Shown: piece after piece, positions 28,775 to 38,692 of the stretch | How positions within the stretch are numbered: position 1 is the first letter of the stretch | Layout: every line of letters starts with the position of its first letter | Origin: Spirochaetia bacterium | Lineage (GTDB): Bacteria; Spirochaetota; Spirochaetia; SZUA-6; Bin103 | Assembly: GCA_965203515.1 (NCBI GenBank) | Contig: OZ241907.1 | Coordinates: 2,112,001 to 2,176,000, forward strand | Direction of reading: 5' to 3' | DNA: 64,000 nucleotides | The notes under the pieces: model-generated | What the model saw: the letters and a program-made list of their open reading frames with translations, nothing else | Told to the model about the DNA's origin: nothing | The model's database searches: none | Program-made: the position numbers and the translations under genes

Positions 28775-29598
28775 ACCGGGCGCGCGGCCTCCTTCTCGAC
28801 CGCGTGTCGATGGTCTTCACCCTGCCGGGCGGCGGCCGGGTGGAGGCGCTCCGGGACATCTCCCTGCACCTGGCGCCGAGCGAGCTGCTGGCGGTGCTCG
28901 GCCCCTCCGGGTGCGGCAAGACCACCCTGCTGAACATCATCGCCGGGTTCCTGGCGCCGACCGCCGGGCAGGCGCTGCTCAACGGCAACCCGATCACCGG
29001 GCCGCACCGGGAACGCGGCATGGTATTCCAGCAGGGCGCGCTGTTCGAGTGGATGAGCGTGGCGCAGAACGTCGGCTTCGGGCCGCGCATGGCCGGCGCG
29101 GGACGCGCCGCAACCGAGGCGCAGGTCGGGCGCCTGCTCGACTCGATGGCGCTGCGGGAGTTCGCCGGCAAGCCGGTCTACCAGCTCTCCGGCGGCATGC
29201 AGCAGCGGGTGGCGCTGGCGCGCTGTCTGGCGAACGACCCGGACGTGATCCTGATGGATGAACCGCTCGGCGCGCTGGACGCGTTGACGCGCGAGAAGAT
29301 GCAGGGGCTGGTGCTGCGCCTGTGGCAGGAGACCGGCAAGACGATCATGCTGATCACCCACTCGGTGGAGGAAGCACTGTTCCTGGGCGAACGGGTGGTG
29401 GTGATGGCGCCCCGTCCGGGCCGCGTCCACCAGGAGTACCGCCTGCCGTTCGCGGCGCAGGGCGTGGCCGGCAACGCGCGCGAGATCAAGGCGCAGCCGG
29501 ACTTCGTCGCCGCGCGCGAGGAGATACTGTCCATGATCTGGGAGATGGAGGAGGAGATCATGGGCGGCGCGCACGTCGACCTGAAGGGGGAGCTATGA
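28771..29598 (+). CDS. tauB: Taurine-type ABC transporter ATP-binding protein
   Basis: GPSGCGKTT, LSGGMQQR, MDEPLGALDALTREKMQ, ITHSVEEA. Confidence 0.8.
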   Translation: MNRARGLLLDRVSMVFTLPGGGRVEALRDISLHLAPSELLAVLGPSGCGKTTLLNIIAGFLAPTAGQALLNGNPITGPHRERGMVFQQGALFEWMSVAQNVGFGPRMAGAGRAATEAQVGRLLDSMALREFAGKPVYQLSGGMQQRVALARCLANDPDVILMDEPLGALDALTREKMQGLVLRLWQETGKTIMLITHSVEEALFLGERVVVMAPRPGRVHQEYRLPFAAQGVAGNAREIKAQPDFVAAREEILSMIWEMEEEIMGGAHVDLKGEL

Positions 29599-30503
29599 AG
29601 AACCGCCGGCAGCCTCGGCGGCTGGCCGCGTGGCTGGGGGTCGCCGACAACCCGCTGACCCGGCAGAAGACCGTGCGCTTCGGCGACGCCTCGGCGGTGA
29701 ACTCCGGCCGGCTGTGGTCGATCGTGACCGTGCTCGCGCTGCTGGCCGCCTGGGCGGTGGCCACGGCCGTAGCGTATCTCGACCCGCTGTTCTGGCCGGC
29801 GCTGCACGGCCGCCTGTTCCCGTGGGACGACCCCGACCGCGCCAAGCCCGGCGTGATCGACCGGTTCGTCGGCCTGGTGACGGACGGCTACCGCAACGTG
29901 TCGCTGTGGACGCACGTCTGGACCTCGGTCAGACGGGTGCTGCTGGGCGTGCTGTTCGGCGCGCTGCTGGGCATTCCGCTCGGCTTCGCCATGGGCCTCA
30001 ACTCGGCGGCGCGCGGCATCCTGGACCCGATCGTGGAGTTCGTGCGCCCGATCCCGCCGCTGGCGCTGATCCCGCTGGTGATCCTCTGGCTGGGGATCGA
30101 CGAGGCGGCCAAGACCTTCCTGCTGTTCCTGGCGGCGCTGTTCATCATGCTGATCGCGGCGCGCGCCGGCGTCGGCTCGGTGCGCATCTCCAAGGTGCAC
30201 GCCGCGTACTCCCTGGGCGCGTCCAAGGCGCAGGTGCTGCGCTACGTCATCCTGCCCAACGCGTTGCCGGAGATCTTCACCGGCCTGCGCACCTCGATGG
30301 GAGTCTGCTGGGGGACGCTGGTCGCCGCCGAGCTGGTGGCCGCCGACCAGGGCGTCGGCTCGATGATGATGATCGCGAAGAACTTCCTGCAGACCGAGGT
30401 GGTGGTGATCGGCATCATCCTCATCGGCGCCATCGGCTTCGCCATCGAGATGCTGATGCGCACCCTCGAATCCTGGCTGGTCCCCTGGAAGGGCAAGGGC
30501 TGA
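29595..30503 (+). CDS. tauC: Taurine-type ABC transporter permease
   Basis: RPIPPLALIPL, AAYSLGAS, WGTLVAAEL, LVPWKGK. Confidence 0.8.
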   Translation: MKNRRQPRRLAAWLGVADNPLTRQKTVRFGDASAVNSGRLWSIVTVLALLAAWAVATAVAYLDPLFWPALHGRLFPWDDPDRAKPGVIDRFVGLVTDGYRNVSLWTHVWTSVRRVLLGVLFGALLGIPLGFAMGLNSAARGILDPIVEFVRPIPPLALIPLVILWLGIDEAAKTFLLFLAALFIMLIAARAGVGSVRISKVHAAYSLGASKAQVLRYVILPNALPEIFTGLRTSMGVCWGTLVAAELVAADQGVGSMMMIAKNFLQTEVVVIGIILIGAIGFAIEMLMRTLESWLVPWKGKG

Positions 30504-30551
30504 CCCGCCCGCTTCACCGCGCCGCGGCGATGATTGTATATCCTTCATGGC

Positions 30552-30853
30552 GTGAAGGATCATCAATACCTGCCGAGGCTGCATGAAGCGCACGTCGGCG
30601 CCATGCTCGGCCGCCATCCGGCCGTCGTCCTCCACGGCGCCCGGCAGACCGGCAAGACGACGCTGTGCCGCGCCGCGGCCTTCAGCCGCGGCCGGCGCTA
30701 CCTGACCCGGCCGACCTGCGGGGCCTGCACGTGTTCCAGGAGACCTTCCCGGCAGAAGCGTCGTTCGGCCTGGTGATCTGCGGTTGCCGCGCGCCGGCGG
30801 CCCTGTCGCGGCGCATCCTGGCCGTCCCCTTCGAGATGGCCCTGCTTACCTAG
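30552..30853 (+). pseudogene. Internally deleted AAA/DUF4143-type ATP-binding protein gene (N- and C-termini only)
   Basis: N-term YLPR...PAVVLHGARQTGKTTL...RYLT joined out of frame to C-term ADLRGLHVFQETFP...GLVI...ILAVPF. Confidence 0.65.
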
Positions 30854-31446
30854 CAGCGGCGGCGCCCGCCGCCAGCCGGCGCGAAGGTCACCTCGTCCTC
30901 ATCCGTAGGGCAGCGCCGGTGGGGTGAACGACCAGTCAATGCCGCCGGCGGCCTGCTCCAGATCGGCTTCCCCGAGCTGGGCGGCGGGCGGCAGGATCAG
31001 GTGACTGGTAGTCGCCGTGTCCTCGTGCACCTCGATGTTGAACTCGGAGGGCACGGTCACGCCGATTTCCGCCTCGATCGCGGTCTTGGGGTCCGTCATC
31101 AATTGGTTGCGAAACTCGCGGTCCGCGGTCGCCTTTTCGATCAGCTGCTGGCGCAGAGCGCTGACCGTCATCGTCTTCTCGCCCATATTCCTCTCCTTCC
31201 GGCAGCTCGCGCAGCATTGATCACGGCAATGTCTGCGCGCTACTCACATTGTCAGATCAGATATAGAGGACAACGTTGGCCAATGTCGAGACCTTGCACC
31301 GATAAAATGAGTTATCAGGTATTTCCGTGGGTAGCGACGGTGGGATGCGGTTGCCGCGCGCCGGCGGCCCTGTCGCGGCGCATCCTGGCCGTCCCCTTCG
31401 AGATGGCCTGCTTACCTGGCAGCGGCGGCGCCCGCCGCCAGCCGGC
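30779..31446 (+). repeat. ~101-bp direct repeat (30779-30880 and 31346-31446) bracketing the NHLP precursor gene
   Basis: TGCGGTTGCCGCGCGCC...CGCCAGCCGGC twice; one 1-nt indel and one substitution. Confidence 0.92.
30899..31186 (-). CDS. NHLP-leader (nitrile hydratase-like) RiPP precursor peptide, proteusin-type
   Basis: LIEKATADREFRNQLMTDPKTAIE...IEVHED...HLILPP...LEQAAGG followed by core IDWSFTPPALPYG; GAAGGAGAGG RBS. Confidence 0.88.
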   Translation of the reverse strand: MGEKTMTVSALRQQLIEKATADREFRNQLMTDPKTAIEAEIGVTVPSEFNIEVHEDTATTSHLILPPAAQLGEADLEQAAGGIDWSFTPPALPYG

Positions 31447-31465
31447 TGCTATCCTTCAGCCGACG

Positions 31466-34400
31466 ATGCCGGCTCCCGATCCGAATACGCGCGCGCATCT
31501 GGAGTGGCTGGGCTACATCCAGCCGCACGGTCTGGTGGTGTCGGCGCCGGCGCTGGTCAAGGCGGGTGCGATCGTCAATCGGCAGGACGCGCACCGGCAG
31601 GCGCTGCTCGCCGGCTGCACGGAGGAACGCGCGGTCGCTCCCGACCGGCAGCCCACAGCGTGCATCCGCGACTTTCGCGAGTTCGCCGGCGCGGTCCTGG
31701 GCTGGCGCTTCTCGCCCAAGGGCTACGCCGGCTTCACCGAAGAAACTCCGATCCCTGAAGAACTGACGCTGCCGCTGCCCGATTACGGCGAGACTCTGCG
31801 CCCCGACTTCGCGGTGCGCGAGCGCGACCCGGCGAACGGCGCCCCGCCGTGGCAACTGCTGGTGCAGGTGCTGGCCGCCGGCCAGGAGTTCGACCGTCCG
31901 GCGCCCGGCAGGCTGGAAGCGTCCGCCCAGGGGCGCGCCGAACGCCTGCTGCGCGCCACCGGGGTGCCGGCCGGCGTGCTGGTCAACGGCGCGGCGCTGC
32001 GTCTGATCTCCGCCCCGCGCGGCGAGAGTTCCGGCTGGATCGACTTCCGCTTCGCCGACCTGCTCACCACCGCCGGGCGCCCGCTCTGCTCCGCCCTGCA
32101 CCTGCTCCTCTCCGAACAGCGGCTGCTGGCGCTGCCGCGCCAGAAACGCCTCACCGCCTTGCTCGCCGACAGCCGCCGGTACCAGAACGAGGTCTCCGAG
32201 CGCCTGGCCGAGCAGGTCCTGCACGCGCTGTACGAGCTGCTGCGCGGCTTCCAGAACGCCCACGACGCATCGGACGGCGCGTTGCTGAGCGAGCCGCTGG
32301 CCGCCGGCGGCGACCGCAACGACATCTACCGCGGACTGCTCGCCGTCATCCTGCGGCTGGTCTTCCTGCTGTACGCGGAGGAGCGCGGCCTGCTGCCGGA
32401 GGACGCGACCTTCGCGCGCCACTACGCGCTAGGCGGCCTCTACCAGCGGCTGCGCAAGGACGCTGCGGCCCACCCGGACACGATGGATCAGCGGTATGGC
32501 GCCTGGGCGCAGTTGCTGGTGCTGTTTCGCCTGCTCCACGACGGGGTTGCGGCGCACCGCACCGGCGGCGCGGTGAGTCTGCCGGAGCGGAGCGGCGCGC
32601 TGTTCGACCCGGACCGCTACCGGTTCCTGGAGGGCCGCCGCGGCGGCGGGGCGCGGCAGATCGACGAGCGGATACAGCCGCCGCGGGTGTCCGACGGGGT
32701 GATCTACCGGGTCCTGGAGAAGCTGCTGGTGCTGGACGGGGAACGGCTCTCCTACCGGACGCTCGACGTGGAGCAGATCGGCTCGGTGTACGAGACGATC
32801 ATGGGGTTTCGCCTGGAGACGGCGGCCGGGCGCTCGGTGGCGGTCAAGCCGGCGAAGAAGCTGGGGGCGCCCACCACGATCGACCTCGACGCGCTGCTGG
32901 CGCAGCCTGCGGCGCGCCGCGGGCGCTGGCTGCAGGAGCGCGCCGACCGCACCGTCAGCGCCGCGGTCGCCAAGGGGGTGCGCGCCGCGGAGAGCGTGAA
33001 TGACCTGCACGCGGCGCTGGACCGGGTGCTGGATCACGCCGCGACGCCGGACCTGGTGCCGGCCGGCGGGCTGGTGCTGCAGCCCAACGAGGAGCGGCGC
33101 CGTTCCGGCTCGCACTACACGCCGCGGGAGCTGACCGAGCCGATCGTGCGCCACACGCTGGCGCCGCTGCTGGAGCGGTTGCGCGGCGCGGACGGGCGCG
33201 CGCCGCGCCCGGAGCAGGTCCTCGATCTCAAGGTCTGCGATCCGGCGATGGGATCGGGGGCGTTTCTGGTGGAGACCTGCCGCCAGCTTGCCGACGCCCT
33301 GATCGAGGCGTGGGGCGCGCACGGCGCCACGCCCGCCATTCCGGCGGATGAGGACGAGGTGACCTTCGCGCGCCGTCTGGTGGCGCAGAAGTGTCTGTAC
33401 GGCATCGACCGCAACCCGATGGCGGTCGACCTGGCCAAGGTGTCGCTGTGGCTGAGCACGCTGGCGCGCGACCATCCGTTCACCTTCGTGGACCACGCGT
33501 TCCGGCACGGCGACTCGCTGGTGGGGCTGACGCGGCGCCAGATAGAGGCGCTGCACTGGCAGGGCGGGCAGCCGATGCTGGATGGCTTCGGAGTGCGCGA
33601 GGCGTTGGCGGAGGCCGCGGAGTTGCGGCGCCGCATTCGGGAAGCGGACGACACCGTGACCGACCGGGAGCTGCAGCGTCTGTGGCGCGGCGCACAGGAC
33701 GCGCTGGGGGAGGTGCGGCGGTTCGGCGATCTGACGCTGGCGGCGTTCTTCGAGGGCTCCAAGCCGAAGGAGCGGGAGTCGCGCCGGGCGGCGTACCGGC
33801 AAGCGATCCTGGATCAGCAGGCGTGGCGGTACGCGGGGGAGCTGGCGGTCCGACGTAACGCCGAGGTGCCGTTCGCGCCATTCCACTGGGAGATCGAGTT
33901 CCCCGAGGTGTTCGAGCGGGAGAACCCCGGCTTCGACGGCTTCGTAGGCAATCCGCCGTTCGCGGGCAAGAACAGCGTCGCCGCCGGCAACGTCGCCGGC
34001 TATCCGATCTGGCTCAAGGAACTGCACGCGCAGAGCCACGGCAACGCCGACCTGGTAGCGCACTTCTACCGGCGCGCGTTCGACCTGCTGCGCGGCGGCG
34101 GCGCGTTCGGCCTGATCGCCACCAACACCATCGCCCAGGGCGATACCCGTTCCAGCGGCCTGCGCTGGATCTGCGAGCGCGGCGGGGATGTCTACCGCGC
34201 CGTCAAGCGCGTCAAGTGGCCGGGCGATGCGGCGGTGGTGGTCAGCGTGGTGCACGTGGAGAAGGGCGAGTTTGCCGGCAAGAGGATGCTCGACGGTGCC
34301 CCGGTAGAGCGCATCACGGCGTTTCTGTTCCATCGCGGCGGGCATGCCGATCCGGTGCGGCTGGCGGCCAACGCCGGCAAGAGCTTTCAGGGCAGCATCG

Positions 34401-35485
34401 TGCTCGGCATGGGATTCACCTTCGACGACACCGACAAGAAGGGCGTTGCGTCACCGATTGCAGAGATGCGGCGGCTGATCGAGGCCGACCCGCGCAATCG
34501 GGAAGTGATCTTCCCCTACGTCGGCGGCGAGGAGGTGAACACCAGTCCCACGCACGCGCACCATCGCTACGTCATCAACTTCGGCGAGCGAAGCGAGGCC
34601 GAGTGCCGCCGGCGCTGGCCGGACTTGATGGCGATCGTCGAGGAGCGGGTCAAGCCGGAGCGCGCCAAGCTCACCAGGAACGCCATCGGCCGGAAACGCG
34701 CCAATTTCTGGTGGCACTACGGATCGACCGCCAAGGAACTATGGCGCGCCATCGCCAGCCTGGACCAAGTGCTAGCGGTTTCGCGAATAGGTCAAAGAGT
34801 AGCGTTTTCACTCCTGCCGAGCCAAATCGTCTATGCCGACTCCGTCATCGTTTTCCCGTTCCAGACCTACGCAGCGTTCTGCTCCCTCCAATCCCGGTCG
34901 CACGAAATCTGGGCGCGGTTCTTCGGATCATCAATGAAGGACGATCTCCGTTACACCCCCTCCGACTGCTTCGAGACCTTCCCGTTCCCGGAAGGCTGGG
35001 AAACCGATCCGGCCCTCGAAGCCGCCGGCAAGGCGTACTACGAATACCGCGCCGCGCTCATGGTGGACAACGACGAGGGCATGACCAGCACCTACAACCG
35101 CTTCCACGACCTCTACGAGACCGACCCACGCATCGCCGAGCTCCGCGAGCTGCACGCCGCCATGGACCGCGCCGTGCTCGACGCCTACGGCTGGAGCGAC
35201 ATTCCCACCGCCTGCGACTTCCTCCTCGACTACGAGATCGACGAAGCCGCCTGGGGCCGCAGGAAGAAACCCTACCGCTACCGCTGGCCCGACGAAGTCC
35301 GCGACGAAGTCCTCGCCCGCCTGCTCGCCCTCAACGCCGACCGCGCCGCCGCCGAAGCCCGCGCCGGCACCGCGCCCGGCCCTCCGGTTTCGCTTCCTAT
35401 TGACGACGGCGACTCCGACAGCGGGCGGGTTATCTATGAGTTCTCGGAGCTGACCGACGGCCGCGGCAGCCCAGGCTTGGTCTGA
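31466..35485 (+). CDS. Large N6-adenine DNA methyltransferase / type IIG-IIL-like R-M enzyme (resembles DISARM class I methylase)
   Basis: RLVFLLYAEER, EQIGSVYE, GSHYTP, DPAMGSGAFL, FHWEIEFPEVF, GNPPF, MmeI-like C-terminal TRD (RYTPSDCFETFPFP, LRELHAAMDRAV). Confidence 0.85.
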   Translation: MPAPDPNTRAHLEWLGYIQPHGLVVSAPALVKAGAIVNRQDAHRQALLAGCTEERAVAPDRQPTACIRDFREFAGAVLGWRFSPKGYAGFTEETPIPEELTLPLPDYGETLRPDFAVRERDPANGAPPWQLLVQVLAAGQEFDRPAPGRLEASAQGRAERLLRATGVPAGVLVNGAALRLISAPRGESSGWIDFRFADLLTTAGRPLCSALHLLLSEQRLLALPRQKRLTALLADSRRYQNEVSERLAEQVLHALYELLRGFQNAHDASDGALLSEPLAAGGDRNDIYRGLLAVILRLVFLLYAEERGLLPEDATFARHYALGGLYQRLRKDAAAHPDTMDQRYGAWAQLLVLFRLLHDGVAAHRTGGAVSLPERSGALFDPDRYRFLEGRRGGGARQIDERIQPPRVSDGVIYRVLEKLLVLDGERLSYRTLDVEQIGSVYETIMGFRLETAAGRSVAVKPAKKLGAPTTIDLDALLAQPAARRGRWLQERADRTVSAAVAKGVRAAESVNDLHAALDRVLDHAATPDLVPAGGLVLQPNEERRRSGSHYTPRELTEPIVRHTLAPLLERLRGADGRAPRPEQVLDLKVCDPAMGSGAFLVETCRQLADALIEAWGAHGATPAIPADEDEVTFARRLVAQKCLYGIDRNPMAVDLAKVSLWLSTLARDHPFTFVDHAFRHGDSLVGLTRRQIEALHWQGGQPMLDGFGVREALAEAAELRRRIREADDTVTDRELQRLWRGAQDALGEVRRFGDLTLAAFFEGSKPKERESRRAAYRQAILDQQAWRYAGELAVRRNAEVPFAPFHWEIEFPEVFERENPGFDGFVGNPPFAGKNSVAAGNVAGYPIWLKELHAQSHGNADLVAHFYRRAFDLLRGGGAFGLIATNTIAQGDTRSSGLRWICERGGDVYRAVKRVKWPGDAAVVVSVVHVEKGEFAGKRMLDGAPVERITAFLFHRGGHADPVRLAANAGKSFQGSIVLGMGFTFDDTDKKGVASPIAEMRRLIEADPRNREVIFPYVGGEEVNTSPTHAHHRYVINFGERSEAECRRRWPDLMAIVEERVKPERAKLTRNAIGRKRANFWWHYGSTAKELWRAIASLDQVLAVSRIGQRVAFSLLPSQIVYADSVIVFPFQTYAAFCSLQSRSHEIWARFFGSSMKDDLRYTPSDCFETFPFPEGWETDPALEAAGKAYYEYRAALMVDNDEGMTSTYNRFHDLYETDPRIAELRELHAAMDRAVLDAYGWSDIPTACDFLLDYEIDEAAWGRRKKPYRYRWPDEVRDEVLARLLALNADRAAAEARAGTAPGPPVSLPIDDGDSDSGRVIYEFSELTDGRGSPGLV

Positions 35486-36969
35486 GGAACGGACGAGCTC
35501 ACGCCGCCCTTTCGGCGGAGGTCGAGGCCAAACAGATAGAGGTCCGGCACGTCGATCCGGTCATCCGAACGCCGGCGAAAGATGCCGAGCTCGACCAGGT
35601 AATCTACCAGACGGTCGGGCCGTTCCTCCGGCGGGCGGAAGTCGGTGTTTTCGCCTGACCCCCAGGCGCCGTCCCATTCGTGTTCCAACAAGCTCACGAT
35701 TTCCTCGCGGGACCACGGGACCAGCGGCTGGCCGCGGAGACGTTCCCGCACTCCTTCGAGCCATGGCCACTCGCTGCTCGCATGCCTAACGTGATCCTGG
35801 GATACGTCGTCGAGCGCCTGCCGCAGGGCGGTCGGATGCAGCAGCTTCGGCGCGCGCAGCGTTCGATGTGAGGCGTCTTTCGTAGCTGCCTGCTCGAGCA
35901 GGCGTACCAGCGTCCGGGGCGAGACCTGCGCGTTCCCGTCGCGCAGATGATCGAGCACCCAGTTGCGCACGTAGCCCTTCTTTCGGCCGGCTCCCATGTA
36001 CTCCCCGGCTATGCGCTCCAGCAGCGGATATGCGTACTCGGGCCGCTCGATCTTCGGCAGCAGTCCAAGCGCCGGGTCCTGAGCGAATGCGATTCTGGCT
36101 CCGCGGCAGTAATCGGCAAGCGGCGCGGAGGTGTTGGCGATGCGCTTCACCAGCATGCCGAGAAGGTTGGCATCGGACCAGACCAGCTCGGATCGATTGG
36201 CTGCCAGCTTGGCGAAGTCAGCGGTGCCCATGCCGGAGTGACGGCGAAACAGATCGGACCGCAGGAAGATCTTGGCCCGTATTCGCTGCCACCGCCGGCC
36301 GTATTCGGACCAGAAGGCGATAAGTCCGCGAACCAGCCGGGCCATCAGGTCCCAATTGGAACCGCCCAGCGTGTCCAGCTCGTCGTATCCGACGAAGATC
36401 CAGCGGTCCTCCTGCTGCAGACGTTTTTCCAGCAAGTCCAACGCAGCCGTGGGATTCACCGTCAGCTCCCCCATCGCTCTGAGAATCGAGCCAATGGCCG
36501 CGGCCGTCGGCGCCGTCAAAGACCTGAACTGCTTCCTCACCGAAGCGGGAAACTCGCTGTTGAGGCGTCGTGTCAGCATGATGTGCCAGAGCGTCTTTGC
36601 TCGCGCGTCCGAATCGATGCGTCGATCCAAGGCAAAACTATCCGGAAATTCCGTTCCGGCCGGGTACGCCGGTATCCACGCTGCGGAAGCGGGTTGAATC
36701 GTCAGTCGGACGGGTTTTGCGGCGTACCGCAAGATGGAGCCGCCAAGTCCGTCGTGCTTGAAGAACGCGTTGAACAGCTCGCTCTTTCCCGAGCCGCGCG
36801 GACCGACGACCAGCGCCACGTTCGGGTCGAGTGCCCTGAGATGTTCCGGTACCGGGTACAGGCGGCGGCGAAAGAGATCGGATGCTTCCCCTTCCGCCTG
36901 GCCGTAGCCAAGATCGCGGAGCTCGGTACGCAACTCCGCGCATGCCTGCTTGGTGAGTCTCCGGCTCAT
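35434..36969 (-). CDS. P-loop ATPase (uncharacterised; partner of KGGVGR ParA-like proteins)
   Basis: Walker A VGPRGSGKS, Walker B FVGYDELD, KIFLRSDLF, LRDG...SPR, DVPDLYLFGLDLRRKGG. Confidence 0.75.
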   Translation of the reverse strand: MSRRLTKQACAELRTELRDLGYGQAEGEASDLFRRRLYPVPEHLRALDPNVALVVGPRGSGKSELFNAFFKHDGLGGSILRYAAKPVRLTIQPASAAWIPAYPAGTEFPDSFALDRRIDSDARAKTLWHIMLTRRLNSEFPASVRKQFRSLTAPTAAAIGSILRAMGELTVNPTAALDLLEKRLQQEDRWIFVGYDELDTLGGSNWDLMARLVRGLIAFWSEYGRRWQRIRAKIFLRSDLFRRHSGMGTADFAKLAANRSELVWSDANLLGMLVKRIANTSAPLADYCRGARIAFAQDPALGLLPKIERPEYAYPLLERIAGEYMGAGRKKGYVRNWVLDHLRDGNAQVSPRTLVRLLEQAATKDASHRTLRAPKLLHPTALRQALDDVSQDHVRHASSEWPWLEGVRERLRGQPLVPWSREEIVSLLEHEWDGAWGSGENTDFRPPEERPDRLVDYLVELGIFRRRSDDRIDVPDLYLFGLDLRRKGGVSSSVPQTKPGLPRPSVSSENS

Positions 36970-38267
36970 CGTCGTGATCGCACCCGCTCCACGAGCTGCT
37001 TGTAGGGCTCGCCTTCAAGCAGAACGTTGCTCACTTCGCTCAGGTCGCGGAACAGCGCGAGGCGCTCATCGTATGGCAGGACGACCGGAACGTGGGGGGC
37101 GTCGGTGCTCTCCATGTCGTCCAACGACCAGGCCCCGTCCTCCTGTTCCCGCTCGGCGTAGTAGTGGTCGCTGAACACGTCGCGGGCGCGGTCGGTGAAC
37201 GCGGCGACCAACTCCTGATATTGGCGTTCCTGGGATCGAGGCACCATCGCCGCCGCCAGAAGGCACTCGGCTTGAGGTTGCCGCGCCCGCACCCGATCTG
37301 CTCCGAGCCGGTCCAGAATCATCTCCAGGCCGCGCCAGCTCGCGTCCGCCAAAGTCGCTGCCAATACGTGGAGGTGGCACAGACCCCCCATCACGAAGCC
37401 GGATGCGTTGCCGAGTCCGGCGCGCGCGTCGATGAGTATCCAGTGCGGATGGAGATGCTCGCGGATTTCCCGGAGGAGTTGGACGAAGGGATGCGTCTGA
37501 TTGATTGGAACACCGTAGTCCAGCCGCGCCAGCTTCCCGACGTAGCGCCGATCGGCGGACCCGGCCGGGAACACCGCGATCTCGCCCGTCCCGGCGTAGA
37601 GCGAGGTCGGACACCGATGGAAGTAATCCGCAAGGTCCAGGCCGGAGCCGGCTCCGTCTTCGGCGACGATCGGCCGCTCCAGCAGGTAGTCGGCGATGCC
37701 CCACTGCGCCGTGGCATCGTCGTGCCCTGCCAACAGAAATCCGACGCCCGGGGCATCGAGATCGAAATCGACGACCGCCACGCGTTCGCCGGCTGCGGCC
37801 AAGTGCAGCGCCGTCGCCGCAAGCGCGGTCGATCGGCCAACGCCGCCCTTGAACGAATAGAACGAGACGATCGCCGGATCGTCGTTCCGAACCGCCCACG
37901 GAGGTTCGGCGGGGGCCTGGAACCAACCCTCCTTGGTGCGCTGCCGTTCCATGATCCGCAGCCTGGTCGTATCCGGAACGGCAGCGGCCTGTTGCCATGC
38001 TTCGTTCTGCCACGGCCCGTCGGGATATTCCTTCGGTCCGCAGCCTTTGAGCACGTCGCCGGACCAATATGCGGAGGCTGCTTGCTTAAGTGTCTCGTCG
38101 ATCTCCGTGCGGGCCGATTCCCAGCTCCCTTTCGGGCACCACAGAATGACCCGGAGTCGGTAGAACAAATCGTAGATCAACAGGATGCCCCATGCTGTCG
38201 TCTTGTCCCGGAGAAATTCGGTCAGAGAGTCCCGTGCCTGGCGGTGAGCCTCGTCGGCATGGATCAT
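36966..38267 (-). CDS. ParA/MinD-like ATPase with KGGVGR motif
   Basis: FYSFKGGVGRST, VVDFDLDAPG, ILIDARAGL; ATG overlaps upstream stop (TGATG). Confidence 0.8.
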   Translation of the reverse strand: MIHADEAHRQARDSLTEFLRDKTTAWGILLIYDLFYRLRVILWCPKGSWESARTEIDETLKQAASAYWSGDVLKGCGPKEYPDGPWQNEAWQQAAAVPDTTRLRIMERQRTKEGWFQAPAEPPWAVRNDDPAIVSFYSFKGGVGRSTALAATALHLAAAGERVAVVDFDLDAPGVGFLLAGHDDATAQWGIADYLLERPIVAEDGAGSGLDLADYFHRCPTSLYAGTGEIAVFPAGSADRRYVGKLARLDYGVPINQTHPFVQLLREIREHLHPHWILIDARAGLGNASGFVMGGLCHLHVLAATLADASWRGLEMILDRLGADRVRARQPQAECLLAAAMVPRSQERQYQELVAAFTDRARDVFSDHYYAEREQEDGAWSLDDMESTDAPHVPVVLPYDERLALFRDLSEVSNVLLEGEPYKQLVERVRSRR

Positions 38268-38692
38268 CAGATATTTCCGTCCATTTTCAGCTCGCCAATG
38301 ATTCGAGAGTAGATATTTGTAGCCTCTCGAAGCCACATTCCGGCGGTGGAAGAGTCAGTGACGTCGGCGGCTTGGTAGCGCATTTCCGGATTCCATGCAA
38401 GTATATGAGCGCCCCGCAGAATCTTCCTGGCGGATGCGTACATTTGCTTCGTGGGGCGATCCGCAAGAGCGGCGATAGTCCCCAACGTGCTATCGAGGCC
38501 CTGAAGGTCGTGCGAACGATGGAACCGCTCCGTTTGCATTTGAATGAGAGTTTTCAAGGCGCACTCTACTACGTATCCGGCCAGGTAAGCAGTGCCGTCA
38601 TGGCGAGCGCCGTCCATGAGAACCGACGCGTCATGGAGGTGCTTGCCGGCGGCCTCGGGATAGTCGTCACCATTGCTCTGCAGGCGGCTCAT
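38267..38692 (-). CDS. HEPN-domain protein
   Basis: KHLHDA..L, AYLAGYVVECALK, RSHDL, WNPEMRY. Confidence 0.7.
   Translation of the reverse strand: MSRLQSNGDDYPEAAGKHLHDASVLMDGARHDGTAYLAGYVVECALKTLIQMQTERFHRSHDLQGLDSTLGTIAALADRPTKQMYASARKILRGAHILAWNPEMRYQAADVTDSSTAGMWLREATNIYSRIIGELKMDGNI

Noticed and set aside
31001..31465. N-terminal extensions in the ORF track (methyltransferase, tauA, cmr4, SDR, HD, VPS10)
   Set aside because: They overlap other genes or repeats; downstream starts with RBS or stop-start coupling were used instead
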